A stretch of 64,000 bases of DNA from an uncultured bacterium (GCA_963698225.1 CAVOPW010000014.1:14033-78032), one strand, 5' to 3'; shown: positions 44,082 through 55,553, counted from the stretch's first letter. Translations and numbers: made by a program. Notes: generated by a model from the sequence alone, not told the origin.

Positions 44082-44144
44082 AAGAACAATGTCAAGAGAC
44101 GCGCAGCCCGGCGCGCCTCTATTGGCCATGTTGATCTTGTAGTA

Positions 44145-45425
44145 TCACAGAACCTGAAAATACGAATCCCAACCGACATCGAGAGTATCTCCGGCTTCGG
44201 TCAGTGCCTGTCTTGTTACCTTGATGATATACTGGCCAGTCGTGTAGGGATGGTCCCAGTGCGAGTACATCATCTCCGTTCGTTGCGCATTCCACGCGTA
44301 GGTACCCGGGACCTCATCACCGCCAACGCGAGTCACCGTTAACGCCTGGCGCGCACTTAAAGTGTCCATTGGTTCATTGAAAACAACGAGCACTTGATTG
44401 TCAGTCGGGACGCCATAGTAGCCGTTTCGAGGGAGAACTTTGATTACCTCGTAACCTTCAGTTAGAAATACTGATGTATCCTCAATGGAAGATCCGAAAA
44501 AGCTGCCATCAAAGATCGCATGGTAAGTGGTGCGCGGAGCCAATGGCAGGTTGGTTGCAAGAAAGTCGAACTCTCGAGCTTGGCCGACTTCTTGACATCT
44601 GGGATAGTAGTCCGATGGTTGCCAAACTCCTGATATCTCCGGTTCAAATCGGATTGCCAGCGAAACAGAATCCGGTGTGGCACAGCGTCCGATATATGCC
44701 GAGGCACGAAATCCTCTTCTCGAAACACGATTCGTGCTGCGACTTTCGTTAAACTCAAAATACACGTGGACGTCCTGTGTTGTAAAGGTCAAGACCAAAT
44801 CGTCGTCGAGAGTCTGTCCTGATTCAGTCCGTATTTCTCTATCTAAGACCATCCGATAAACGGTCGAGGGTGCAAGTGCATAGCGAAGTGCATAGTAGTA
44901 TATGCTTGTGGCGAGAGGTTCTCCGTAATCGTAGTAATCGTAAGGCAGCCAGCTCCCTTGAACAGCTGGTTCGAATGTGGTTTTGTTGTTCAAATCATCT
45001 ATGTTGAGGATTTCATCTGACAAAATCTGAACACCAGTCCCAACGTATACACCAACTGCGCTGTCGACCGGTGAAATCGAGTAGATTGGAAAGGGAAGCT
45101 TGGAGATCGCAACGTCTCGGTATTGGGCGGTTATTCCGGTGCCGACGATGACGTCTTGAAACTGTCTTCGGCTAAAACTCTGCGGTCGGATAACTAGTGT
45201 GTAGGTTCCGGGCGGTACATCGGCAAAATTGAAGAATCCGTTGGCGTCCAGTGGAGTGCTTAATTCCACCAAGCCATAAAGGGTTGCAAGACCCCCATCG
45301 GCGGGCACAACATTTCCAAACACCGCACCCCCGGTGCTTGGATAGTAGTTGTTGGTGATGTCATCTCCGCACGAAAGGACAAGCATTATGCTCAAGAAAA
45401 ATCCTGCGAGAATACGTAAGAACAT
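44145..45425 (-). CDS. lipoprotein with a carboxypeptidase-regulatory-like domain and Ig-like (SbsA/Big_5-like) repeats
   Basis: Lipobox LVLSCG. The N-terminal segment FGNVVP...GFFNFADVPPGTYTLVI is typical of CarboxypepD_reg. It is followed by three similar repeats of about 100 aa ending in ...YRMVLD / ...YHAIFD / ...YIIKVT. Confidence 0.6.
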   Translation of the reverse strand: MFLRILAGFFLSIMLVLSCGDDITNNYYPSTGGAVFGNVVPADGGLATLYGLVELSTPLDANGFFNFADVPPGTYTLVIRPQSFSRRQFQDVIVGTGITAQYRDVAISKLPFPIYSISPVDSAVGVYVGTGVQILSDEILNIDDLNNKTTFEPAVQGSWLPYDYYDYGEPLATSIYYYALRYALAPSTVYRMVLDREIRTESGQTLDDDLVLTFTTQDVHVYFEFNESRSTNRVSRRGFRASAYIGRCATPDSVSLAIRFEPEISGVWQPSDYYPRCQEVGQAREFDFLATNLPLAPRTTYHAIFDGSFFGSSIEDTSVFLTEGYEVIKVLPRNGYYGVPTDNQVLVVFNEPMDTLSARQALTVTRVGGDEVPGTYAWNAQRTEMMYSHWDHPYTTGQYIIKVTRQALTEAGDTLDVGWDSYFQVL

Positions 45426-45583
45426 CTTCCCTCCTTCGACATGATGGATTATTATGTCGTAACGTATCTAAAGATACAAGAATCGAGTGATTTGTCAACA
45501 ACTGTCAGTTTAATGTCGAACTCCGGATCGAGGACATCGTCAAGACAATTCCCCTTCCGGAGTACCTGACACTCGGGAGTAGC

Positions 45584-45820
45584 TTGTCGTCTAACACTGA
45601 TCTTGGATTTACATTTCAAGTCACCAAGGACGGTGATGTGCTTGTCTTTCATCACGGTAGACGGGCTTCAACCCTGCGCGGAAGTAAAGCCAGCCGCTTT
45701 TTGTCTGATGCTGAAGGCGTCGACCAAGCAACACAGCAGCAACTCATGGCTCGCCTGACGGGCAATTACAAGCACGGCAACGAGCGCAAAGCGAAAAATC
45801 ATCCCCGTAACCGTCAATAA
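45584..45820 (+). CDS. small conserved hypothetical protein
   Basis: 78-aa ORF with a TTG start (start uncertain). The C-terminal motif QQQLMARLTGNYKHGNERKA resembles a widespread small-protein family that I cannot name. Confidence 0.45.
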   Translation: MSSNTDLGFTFQVTKDGDVLVFHHGRRASTLRGSKASRFLSDAEGVDQATQQQLMARLTGNYKHGNERKAKNHPRNRQ

Positions 45821-45900
45821 GCTCGTTCGCGACCAAGAGTATTTGACTTTCTTGTCGGTTTTTCATTGAACTAACTTCGAATTCTCGCGTAATTCCCGCT

Positions 45901-46398
45901 ATGGACAAACGTCTTTTTCTGACACCGGCCGGAGCCGCGCTGATCGCAATCTGCTTTTTTCTCCCCTGGATCAAGATGTCGTGCATGGGTACCGCCACGT
46001 ACTCGGGCGTTGATTGCGGCGGCGTTTACTGGGTCCTGTTTGGTGCGGGCATCGCGATGTTTGGATCATACTTCCTGCTCCGCCACTTCAAGCGATTAGA
46101 CCTCCTGCCGACGATAGTCTCGGTTTCGAGCGTGGTGAGTGCAGCTGTGATCATTTATGGAGTGCTCTCGATTGCCGGCGGCAAGCGAATACTGCTGTTT
46201 CGCGTCGGGCCGGATGACGTCAATCTCCGCCTGCAGATCGGCGCATACGGAACTTTGCTCGGATACCTCCTGACTTGGGCGGGAATAGCACAATTGATCG
46301 GCAAGCGGCGCAGGAGGTCAAAGACTGGACAACCCCCCGGTCACGCGTCCGTGGACAAGCCGCGCCCGGAATCGGAATTGGATCATACTTCTACTTGA
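45901..46398 (+). CDS. membrane protein of unknown function
   Basis: 165 aa with 4 predicted helices and a basic C-terminal tail (GKRRRRSKTGQPP). Confidence 0.55.
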   Translation: MDKRLFLTPAGAALIAICFFLPWIKMSCMGTATYSGVDCGGVYWVLFGAGIAMFGSYFLLRHFKRLDLLPTIVSVSSVVSAAVIIYGVLSIAGGKRILLFRVGPDDVNLRLQIGAYGTLLGYLLTWAGIAQLIGKRRRRSKTGQPPGHASVDKPRPESELDHTST

Positions 46399-46481
46399 CC
46401 CCGTTGCTTTTTATCTGTTAATTAGATTACAATAATCGTGGAGTATCTCTGTCCTGAAATCATGGTAACGCCGACTCGATA

Positions 46482-48138
46482 ATGTTCAAATTAACCAGCC
46501 CTCAACACGGAAATCGATTCACCTGGCGCCTGCCTCCGGGTACCTATGTCGCCGGTCGCGATCCGCAGGCCGATCTGGTGATCAATGACTCGACGGTGTC
46601 GCGCAAGCATGCGCGCCTCGTCGTCATGGAAGACCAGACCGTTCGCCTTACCGATCTCGGCAGTACCAACGGCACGCAGGTCAACGACAAGAAACTGACT
46701 GACACCATTGATTTGAAGGTCGGGGACACAATCTCCTTCGGCAATGTCGGCTTCCTGCTGCTCCATGAAGGGATTCCGGAGACCAAGCCGCAGTCGGTCA
46801 TTTCGCAGGTTTCGATCGTCGATGACAAGGGCAGTCATACCTCAATCTCATCCATTCCGCTGGAACAGGCGCTTGCGCCGCTGCCGGCAAGAGACACCGC
46901 CAATCCGGCCGTGTTCAAGGCGATCGCCGATATGGCGAAGATGCTGATTCTGCCGCAAAGCGTCGGCGAGATGTTTGATCAGGCTTTGGATCTGCTTGGC
47001 AATATCATCGATGCCGACCGTTCTGCTATCTTCGCTGCGGATGAAACGACGGGTGAAGTCGCGCTTTTGAATTACCGCATCTCAAACAAGACCAGTTCCG
47101 AGCAGTTCATTATCTCGCGCACGATAGTCAAGGAAGTCCTCAACAACAAGAACGCGGTGTTCTTCTCCGATCTGATCTCGGATGAGCGATTCGCACGCCA
47201 GGAGTCGATTGTGGTTTCCGGCATTCGTTCCGTCATGGCAATCCCGATGGTCGACGAAGACAAGGTCATGGGCCTGCTCTATCTCGACACCACCGACCCG
47301 ACGCACCGTTATAACGAGGATACTCTCAAGCTGGTCGCGACCTTCGGCAATATTCTCGCCGCCAAGATCACTAACCACAATCTGCTGAAGGAACGCCAGG
47401 AGAAACAGGCATTGGAGTCGGAGTTGAGCATTGCTTCGCAAATCCAGGAAGGACTGATGCCGAAAATTCTGCCTGAAGTGCCCGGCTACCAGTTCCACGC
47501 ATTTCAGATGCAGTGCAAAATGGTCGGCGGCGATCTGTATGACGTCGCGAAACTGGCGGATGGCCGAATCTTGTTCTTGTTGGCCGACGTCTCCGGCAAG
47601 GGCATGGGCGCGGCACTGCTGGCTTCCAATATTCTCTCGGCATTTCGTATGTTGCGCGGCATGGCGAATTTCGACTGTGCCGATGCCACTGCACGAGTCA
47701 TCCGAACAGCTCGCATCCACCAGCCGCGGCGGCGATTTTGCAACAGTGTTTCTGGCAATTCTCGATCCGAACAGCCACACTCTCCAATTTGTCAATGCCG
47801 GCCACAATCCGCCGCTACTCATCAAACCGGACGGCACCGCCCAGTATCTGGACTCAACCGGCATCCCGATCGGAATCTTCGCCGGCTTCCAGTGGACGCA
47901 GACGACACTGGAATTGGTGCCCGGTGATCGGATCTGGGTGTTTACCGATGGCATTCCCGAGGCGCATGATATCTCCGCAAACCAGTATAGTGATGAACGG
48001 CTCGAAAAATTCCTGATCGAGTCCAGGATCGCGCCACTACCCGATGCAACCACATCGCTTATTCAGGATGTCAGCAAGTTTGTCGGCGAAGCGCCGCGCT
48101 CCGACGACATTACCCTGCTTGCTCTGCAACGCAGCTAG
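46482..48138 (+). CDS. FHA - GAF - PP2C (SpoIIE-type) serine phosphatase, interrupted by one frameshift
   Basis: Fragments 46482..47927 and 47539..48138. FHA segment YVAGRDPQADLVINDSTVSRKHARL...GSTNGTQVN, a central GAF-like region, and PP2C motifs GGDLYD, LLADVSGKGMGAAL, NAGHNPP and FTDGIPEA. Junction near 47697. Confidence 0.85.
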
Positions 48139-48231
48139 TGCCTCTGACGTCGAGCCGAAAACAATCACCGTACATCAACGGCAAAGCAGGAGAGAAAATC
48201 TTCTCCCTGGCGGCGCTGAAATCCCGCGCAT

Positions 48232-48258
48232 AAAAAAAGCCCCGTCTTTCGACGGGGC
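48232..48258 (-). terminator. intrinsic terminator of the minus-strand GlmL-like operon
   Basis: On the minus strand: GCCCCGTC-gaaa-GACGGGGC followed by TTTTTTT, about 25 nt after the stop at 48283. Confidence 0.75.
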
Positions 48259-48282
48259 CATGAATCCGATCCGGCCATCAGG

Positions 48283-49414
48283 CTAATCTTCTATCATCTC
48301 CACGTTGGCGCGCGGAATAACCGCGTGTTTGCCGTCGCTGTCAAATTCGACTTCCAATACGCGTGCCATTGATTCCGATTCCAACTTCTGCAACGGTGAA
48401 GGAAGAGCCGTCACTTTGCCGAGCTTGCCGAAATAGGGCGAACGGATGACGCGAATCGGCGAACCGATTTCGAGCCCTTTGCCCTGGAATCCTTCAACGG
48501 CGATTCCGGTTTTGATATCGTCAACTATCGGAATGATCACTTCCGGCCGTATAACGCCGGCACGAATCTGCGTCGCGCCGTTGATACACGCACGCTGTCC
48601 CTTCGAGTGACTTCAGCAACTCGAAAGTGCGATTCGCCATCTGAATCTCGCCGAAGCCTTCGGTGACCACCAGCGTCACGCCGAGATCTTCCGAGCCGGT
48701 GATCGCCACGCCGATATCATAACCCAGGAAATCGCGCAAGTCGCGGTCGGAGAATCCGCCCGCCACGATACCGCGTGCACCGACTTTGATCGCCTTCTTA
48801 ACGGCTTCCGCCGTGACAATCGACCCGCCGACAATAATCTTGTCTTTGCAGGACTCGTTGATCAGATCTTCAGTGAGTTTGGTTTCGGGAGTCTTCACGA
48901 CCATCTTCAGTTCGCCGTGAGTTTCGCCGCCGATTCCAAAGATACCCTGGATAAATGAACCCCAGCAGCGCACGGCGACGCCTTCCTTCGGGAAAACTTC
49001 GACGACCTCGCCATCGATATAGGCCTTGACTTCGACGGGAAGCGGATGGCCGCGCAGAAGCACTTGTCCGGTGACATGCGAAATCGTCTCGATTGTACCT
49101 TCGATCTTGGCTTTGGCTTCGGACTTGAACAAACCGAAGAACGACTTGTTCAGGCCAATCAATTCGCCGGCCTTAATCGGGTCGCCGACTTTCTTGAGCA
49201 TGCACTGAGAAACATCTTCCGGCGGCACGCCCAGGATATTTGCGACGTTCATCGTCTCGACCGGGCCGGGAAGATGCGTACGCGCAACTACCGTGTCGGG
49301 CGAAAGCTTATCGCCAACCTTGACGGTCACGTCGCCTTTGAGCGGCAAAATGCGCTTCTTCGTGATCAGTTCTTTTTGCGAGACCTTCAGTCCCGGTGTG
49401 TAAGTATGTGCCAT
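48283..49414 (-). CDS. conserved hypothetical protein partnered with the GlmL-like ATPase, interrupted by one frameshift
   Basis: Fragments 48521..49414 and 48283..48540. The junction is at a ggg run near 48600 (…LLKSLEG/QRACINGATQIRAGVIRPEVIIPIVDD…). Total about 377 aa. I recognise no catalytic motif. Confidence 0.6.
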
Positions 49415-49463
49415 ATTCCTCTTACTACCTCTATATCAGGGCAGAGCCTTCAAGCCCCGCACT

Positions 49464-51316
49464 TTAATTCCTTTGCAATGCTTCCTTGGGATAGATATCC
49501 AACACCGCCATCCACTCTCTCAGTTTTCGTACGCGGGTGGCATCATCGGTCGGAACCACAAACGGACGCCCGCGGCCATCGAGGATGATTCCGACGATAC
49601 CGCCGGAAACTTCCTTTTCGACCTTTTTGCCCGGACCGTCGCCGAGGTCAAGCTTGCCGTCCGGCTCAAGTACGGCCTTGGCTTTCAACGGCAGGTTCGT
49701 CCGGGTGTCAAATCCGAGCGGGAAGGCTTTCATTTCGCCGTACATCAGTTTGCCTTCTTCTTTGCGGCCATCCGGGAAGGTGAAGCTGTACTTCATCATT
49801 TCCTTGCCTTCCTTGGACTCGCCGGAAGGCGCGATGCAGGAGCCGAGATGAATCAGGCAGTCCTTGTTGAATACTTCAGTCGCCGCCTGCGGATGCACCG
49901 TCGAAAGCACGCCCAACTGCGGCATCATGAAGATCGAGTCAACCGACAAGCGGGTAATACCTTCCGGCAGGAAAGCGTCGATCATCATCAGAGCCGACTG
50001 CTGGCGGCGCGGCGCGTGAGAAAGCACACCGCCGGAGCCGATCAGCATGTTCAGGGTCATCATATTGACGAGAGTCTGGCCCGAGGCCTTCTGTTCGAAA
50101 GCATCCGCGATCGTGCGCTGCTGCTGAACGCCTTTGAGCACGGTCGCGAAATTCTTGTGCTGGATAAACGCCAGTCGCAGAGCTTCTTTGGCGATCGCCT
50201 GTTCGAAAATCAATTCTTCCATCGACTGCGGAATCGTCGTCGGGCGAATCATCTTGTTCTTGACGCGGTTGCGCAGATCGCGTTCGTCCATATGGAACGG
50301 CACCCAGCGCATGACATTGTCGAGACCCGCTTCGGCAAAGACGTTTGACACCGAATAGCTCATGCCCAGGTTGGCGGAAACCGTCCGGTTAAAGACGCCC
50401 TGGAAGACCGAGAAGACGTCGGTCGTCGCTCCGCCGATATCAACGCCGACCACTTCGATGTTTTCAATCTCGGAGATCGTCTTGATGATCAGTCCCACCG
50501 CGCCGGGAGTCGGCATAATCGGGGCATCGGTCAAGTCCATCAGCTTCTTGTATCCCGGAGCCTGCGCCATGACGTGTTCCAGGAACAGGTCATGGATCGC
50601 TTCGCGGGCCGGGAGCAGGTTTTCGCGCTCGAGCACCGGGCGAAGGTTATCGACTATCTTAAGATCGACCTTTTTCCCAAGCGTCTCGTTCACGGCTGCG
50701 GCGGCATCCTTGTTGCCGGCATAGATTACGGGCAATTGATAGCTCGAACCGAGGCGAGGTCTGGGGTCGGCGGCGCCGATTAGTTCGGCGATTTCGACCA
50801 CGTGGGTAGTGGTACCGCCGTCAATTCCGCCGGAAAGCAGGATCATGTCGGGACGCAAGTGACGAATTCGCTCAATCTGCTGGTAGGGCTGACGCTTGTC
50901 ATTGGAGGCAATCACGTCCATCACGATCGCGCCGGCGCCGAGCGCAGCGCGCTCTGCCGACTCTGCTGTCATCGACCGGACAACACCGGCAACCATCATC
51001 TGCAGGCCACCGCCGGCAGAGGAGGTCGAAATATAGATATCGGTGCCGACATTGGGCCGCCCCCGGCGCGGGGCCGAATGATGTTTCCCTTGTCGTCCAG
51101 TAGCTTACGACCGGAGAGCTCTTCGACTTCCTGCACGGCGTTGAGCACACCCATGGTGACGTCTTCAAAAGGGGCTTCGACCGTCGTTGGGGCTTCGCCA
51201 CGCACCATCAACCGATATTGGCCGTCGGTTTTCTCGATCAAAATCGCCTTCGTGGTGGTGGAACCGCAGTCGGTTGCCAGAATGATTTCTATGTCTTCTG
51301 GTTTTTGATTGTTCAT
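49464..51316 (-). CDS. glutamate mutase L (GlmL/MutL)-family ASKHA-type ATPase, interrupted by one frameshift
   Basis: Fragments 50996..51346 and 49464..50999. I start it at MNNQKPEDIEIILATDCGSTTTKAILI (atg 51316, SD GAGGAT). It has a second phosphate motif VGVDIGGATTDVFS. The junction lies in the cccc/ggggg runs near 51055 and is the only missing-base type shift in the window. Confidence 0.8.
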
Positions 51317-51778
51317 GAAGATATATCCTCTAAGATTCCCAGACAAATTTCCCAGTCACGCGAGCCGGGGTGTTCCGGCGTTCAGAGAATTGCAAGTATA
51401 ACATTCGTCCTGCTCGATGTCAATGTTATCCTCACGATAGGGTGCTCGCCGTTAGTCCGACTCGGGCCTAAAATCGCTAAAAACGTATGGAATTGCTCAA
51501 ATATTGCTTGACATCGCGGCACTAATTTTTACCTTATTTATGGTAGATCAACGGTCTTCCTGACTAAGGAATAATATAACAATAACTCGTTACTTTCGTG
51601 TCGGGCACTCGCTATGGGCTCAACTGTTTTTGACAGAAAAGACACAGAATACCAACCTTCAACCAGCAACCGATGGAGGGTGCGCCTATGAACTTATCCG
51701 TCTGAAGTCCTCTCGGGCGGATCACGGCTATTCAAAACCATAAGTTCTTCAACTTTTTTTATCAGGAAAGGTGAATCC

Positions 51779-54700
51779 ATGAATCAATGTAGAATGACTT
51801 TGCGGATTCTAGTCACACTTTTCGCAGCAATCGCGTTACTTACCTCTGTTGCAGAAGCCAAACAAGCATCCGTAGACGTTACCAAGACCCTTAACGGTAA
51901 CACCCCCGGCCAGCCGAATCTCTTGTTGAAGCAGGCTGAAAATGGTGGACCGGTTATTCAAATCGGCGACGAAGAAGTCGTCGTAAGATACCAGGACGAA
52001 GCCGCCAAGTCGTCGGGATCGCATCCCGGCGAAAATACTAACAAGTATTTGCCGGCTACTTCATTCGTATCCGAAGGCTTTGAAGTTGCAGTTCCGCCGG
52101 CCGGGTGGAGCGAGTTTATCACTAATGCTGCCTGGAACTGGAAGCGCAACACCGTATCATTCCACTCTGGTGTCGCAGCTGCCGACGTCGAATACGACCC
52201 GACCCTTGCGGCTCAAGACGAGTGGTTGATTACCCCGGCGATGGACTTCAGCACGGCTACCGCCAGCCTGAAGGTCGAGTTCTGGTGGAATATGAGCTAC
52301 TATTGGGGCGTTTCTCCTTTTGATAACTATGATCTTGAACTGTGGATTTCGACCGACGGTGGTTCAACCTGGCCGACCAAGCTGTGGGATGAAACTGGCG
52401 AAGGCGTTTTCACAAACTTCACCTGGTACCAGGAAACCGTTGACCTGAGCGGCTATGTCGGTCAGACCAACGTCAAGCTGCGTTGGCGCTATGTCGGCGC
52501 CGACGGCGCCCAGGCGATAATCGATGACATTTCGGTAAACGACAACACGGCTCCGATCGGCCGTTGCTGCTATAGCGGCACCTGCGCTGACAACACCGCA
52601 GCTGCCTGCGCCACTTTGGGTGGTACTTGGGATGGCGCTCTCACCTGTGCCACGGCCTGTCCGGTCGTGACTGCCGGTGATAACTGCGCTAACCCGATGA
52701 ACGTTACCCTGCCGGCGCAACTGCCGTACACCAGTGCCAGCCAGACAACTTGTGGCCGTCTCGACGACTACAATGCGACCTGTCTGGGCTCGTATGATGG
52801 TGGCGAAGACATGGTCTACTTCATCAAGGTGACGTCCCCGGTTACGGTAAACATCACGCTCAACCCGAAAGGTACAACCTATTCTGGTTTTGCGATTGAT
52901 ATGCCGACCGCGTGTCCGCTTGATGCTGCCACAGGCTCTTGTATTGCCACGTCAACGAATTCGTCGTGGGACTGCCCATACGATTTCTTACTTGTCACTT
53001 GCCCCGGGCGACTACTATTTGATGGTCGACACCTGGCCGGCCCCGAATTGTATCCCTGATTTTGACCTTACGATCATTACTTCGCCTCCGATTCCGGCTG
53101 GCGGAAGTTGTGCTAACCCGTTGGTAGTCACGATCGGTGCCGGCACCCTGCCATACACCGTATCCGGTTTGACCAACTGTGGACTGGTCAACACTTACAG
53201 CAACACCTGTATGGGCAGCTATGATGGTGGCGAAGACCACATCACCCAGCTCGTCCTTACCGAGCCACTCGTCCTTGATATCACCCTGAATCCGAACGGT
53301 ACGACCTACAGCGGTTTCGCAATCGATAACGTTTGCCCGCTTGATGTCGCTACCGGCTCGTGCCTCGGGTATATCGGTACCTCTTCGGGTACGTCCAAGT
53401 CAATTTATGGCTTGAACCTCCCCGCCGGTACCTACTATATCATGGTCGACACCTGGCCGACTCCGAACTGTATTCCGAACTTCAGCTTGTCATTCGCCGG
53501 CGCGGCTCCGCCTCCGCCGAACGACAACTGCGCCGCCGCCACTCCGGTCGGCGATGTTGTGAATCTGGCGTTCGATACCGCACCGGCGTCTCATGATGGT
53601 TCGGGCACCTGCTCGACCGCCGGCAAGAACCTGTGGTATTGCTTCACGGCTCCGATCACCGGTAATGCTACCATCAGCCTTTGCGGCTCGGGCTTTGACA
53701 CCAAGCTCGCCGTCTATGATGGTTGCGGCTTGCACGCCGCTTGGCGCCCTGCTTGCCTGTGCCGATGACGAGTGCGGCCTTCAGTCCGAAGCTGTCGTCG
53801 GCGTTGTTGCTGGACAACAGTATAAGATCGAAGTCACCGGTTACAGTGCCACGAGCTTTGGTACCGGCGTCCTGAACATCACAACTGCTGTTGCTCCGCC
53901 GAACGATGATTGCGAAGACGTAACTCCGGTCGTGCTGACTTCCGGCGTTCCTGTCACCTTCACCGGCGACAACACCGGTGCTGGTTCAGACTGCGCAGGG
54001 TTCCCGGGCAACAATGCATGGGAAGCCTTCACGATCACCGAGTGCTCCAATGTTACGCTTGATTATTGCGGTACCAGCCCGGCGTTCCAAAATGCCTGGT
54101 TGAACCTGGCCATTGGCTGTCCTTGTGTCAGCTTCACCACTGCCGCGGCGTTTAATACCACCTCCTGCGGTGACGGCAACGTCTCGATGACCTGGTCGTC
54201 GCTTCCGGCCGGCACCTACTACTATCCGGTCCTCACGGAACCGGGTGCAGTTGGCCCGTACACGATGCATGTTGTCGCGGTTACCTCCAGCGGATATTGC
54301 GCTGCCAGCGGACTCTGCGATGAATACATCAGCAGAGTGGTGTTGAGCACGATTGACAACGCCTCCGGCTGTTCGTCGAGCTACAGTGACTACACTGCGA
54401 TTTCGACCGGCCTGGTTCAGACCGTTCCGTATACCATCACGGTAACCAACGGCCTTGCCTACACCGGCGACCAGTGCGGTCTCTGGATCGACTGGGATGG
54501 TGACGAGTGCTTCTCGCGCGTCAGAACAGATTCTGATGAGCGGCGGCCCGGCCTCATTTACCGGAACCGTAACTCCGCCGCTGACCGCCCCGGTTGGCCC
54601 GACTCGCATGAGAGTCAGAATTGCCTACTCCGGCTCGCTTCCGGCCTGCGGAACGACATCATATGGTGAAGTCGAAGACTACACGGTCAATGTGATCGCG

Positions 54701-55310
54701 TATGCTCCGACGGCTACCGTTGCCCCGAACCCGCAGTACTTGTACTACAAGTTCGCGATTGATCCGATCACCAACCAGTTCCACTTCGGAATGTTCAATG
54801 GTGGTTACACTGCTGCTGATGTTAACCTTGCAACGGTTACCATCAACGGTATCCCGGCGGCAAGCGCGGCAGTCGTTCCCAGCTATCCTGGCTTCGGCGG
54901 TGCGGTTGTTAACGCGACGCTTCCGTTGATCACGTTCCTCAACCCGTACGGCTTGCTGTTCGATGTGAACAACCTGACGTTCACGGTTGCCTGGCAGTAC
55001 AACGATGCCACCTCCGCGTCGATTACTGATGATGTCGTCATCATTGGTAAGAGTTCGACCGGTTCCGTCGACGTTCATCATTCCGGAAGGAGCCGAAATC
55101 TTCTTCCCGGGTGACTTCAACATTGACGGTGCATTGAACATCTCCGACGCGGTCAGCTTGATCAACTTCATCTTTGCGGACGGCTCCGCGCCTGTCAACG
55201 TGTTGATTGGCGATGCCGATTGCTCTGGTGCGGTCACGATTTCTGACGCAGTCCACATGATTCGCTACATCTTTAGCGGCGGCCCGGCTCCTTGCTCGGT
55301 TGCCCCGTAA
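51779..55310 (+). CDS. giant secreted adhesin-like surface protein (multi-domain, GEVED domain, C-terminal dockerin-like module), interrupted by four frameshifts
   Basis: Fragments 51779..53059, 52890..53768, 53593..54669, 54455..55114 and 54987..55310. Signal peptide LRILVTLFAAIALLTSVAEA. N-terminal lectin/MAM-like domain (…IIDDISVND). Two Cys-rich repeats and two NDxC modules. GEVED motif TSYGEVEDYTVNV. The tail is GDFNIDGALNISDAVSLINFIF...GDADCSGAVTISDAVHMIRYIFSGGPAPC. Junctions near 52964, 53722, 54510 and 55070. Confidence 0.8.
52676..53495 (+). repeat. intragenic tandem duplication of a Cys-rich module of about 132 aa
   Basis: Copy A is 52676..53075 (GDNCANPMNVTLPAQLPYTS...CLGSYDGGEDMVYF...LNPKGTTYSGFAID...MVDTWPAPNCIPDFDLTI). 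Copy B is 53100..53495 (GGSCANPLVVTIGAGTLPYTV...CMGSYDGGEDHITQ...LNPNGTTYSGFAID...MVDTWPTPNCIPNFSLSF). Confidence 0.85.
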
Positions 55311-55361
55311 TTGCGGGATCATTCAGATTGCTTCTGATCTGATCAACATCTAGTCCAAAAT

Positions 55362-55400
55362 GACGGGAGTTTCGAGAAATCGAGACTCCCGTCTTATTTC
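55362..55400 (+). terminator. intrinsic terminator of the adhesin-like gene
   Basis: GACGGGAGT-ttcgagaaatcgag-ACTCCCGTC followed by TTATTT, about 50 nt after the stop at 55310. Confidence 0.7.
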
Positions 55401-55525
55401 GTAGCAGCTCGCTGGAAGTCCTGCTTACAAGAGTCTGTAAGCCACCCTCCTACGACAACTGACCACTCACAAGTGAGATTGAGTAAGATTTGCACAATTC
55501 CTCGAGTTGCCATGGTTGGTTTTAC

Positions 55526-55553
55526 TTGCCAAATTAGATTTTAGAGGTATATT
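55526..55553 (+). promoter_or_regulatory. sigma70-like promoter of the S1 peptidase gene
   Basis: TTGCCA (55526-55531), a 16-nt spacer, then TATATT (55548-55553), about 55 nt upstream of atg 55608. Confidence 0.5.

Noticed and set aside
47082-48053. 323-aa ORF on the minus strand
   Set aside because: It is antisense to the GAF/PP2C phosphatase gene, whose motifs (GGDLYD, NAGHNPP, FTDG) are unambiguous. It is a shadow ORF.
49473-50348. 291-aa ORF on the plus strand
   Set aside because: It is antisense to the GlmL-family gene. Low-complexity Arg/His-rich translation with no motif.
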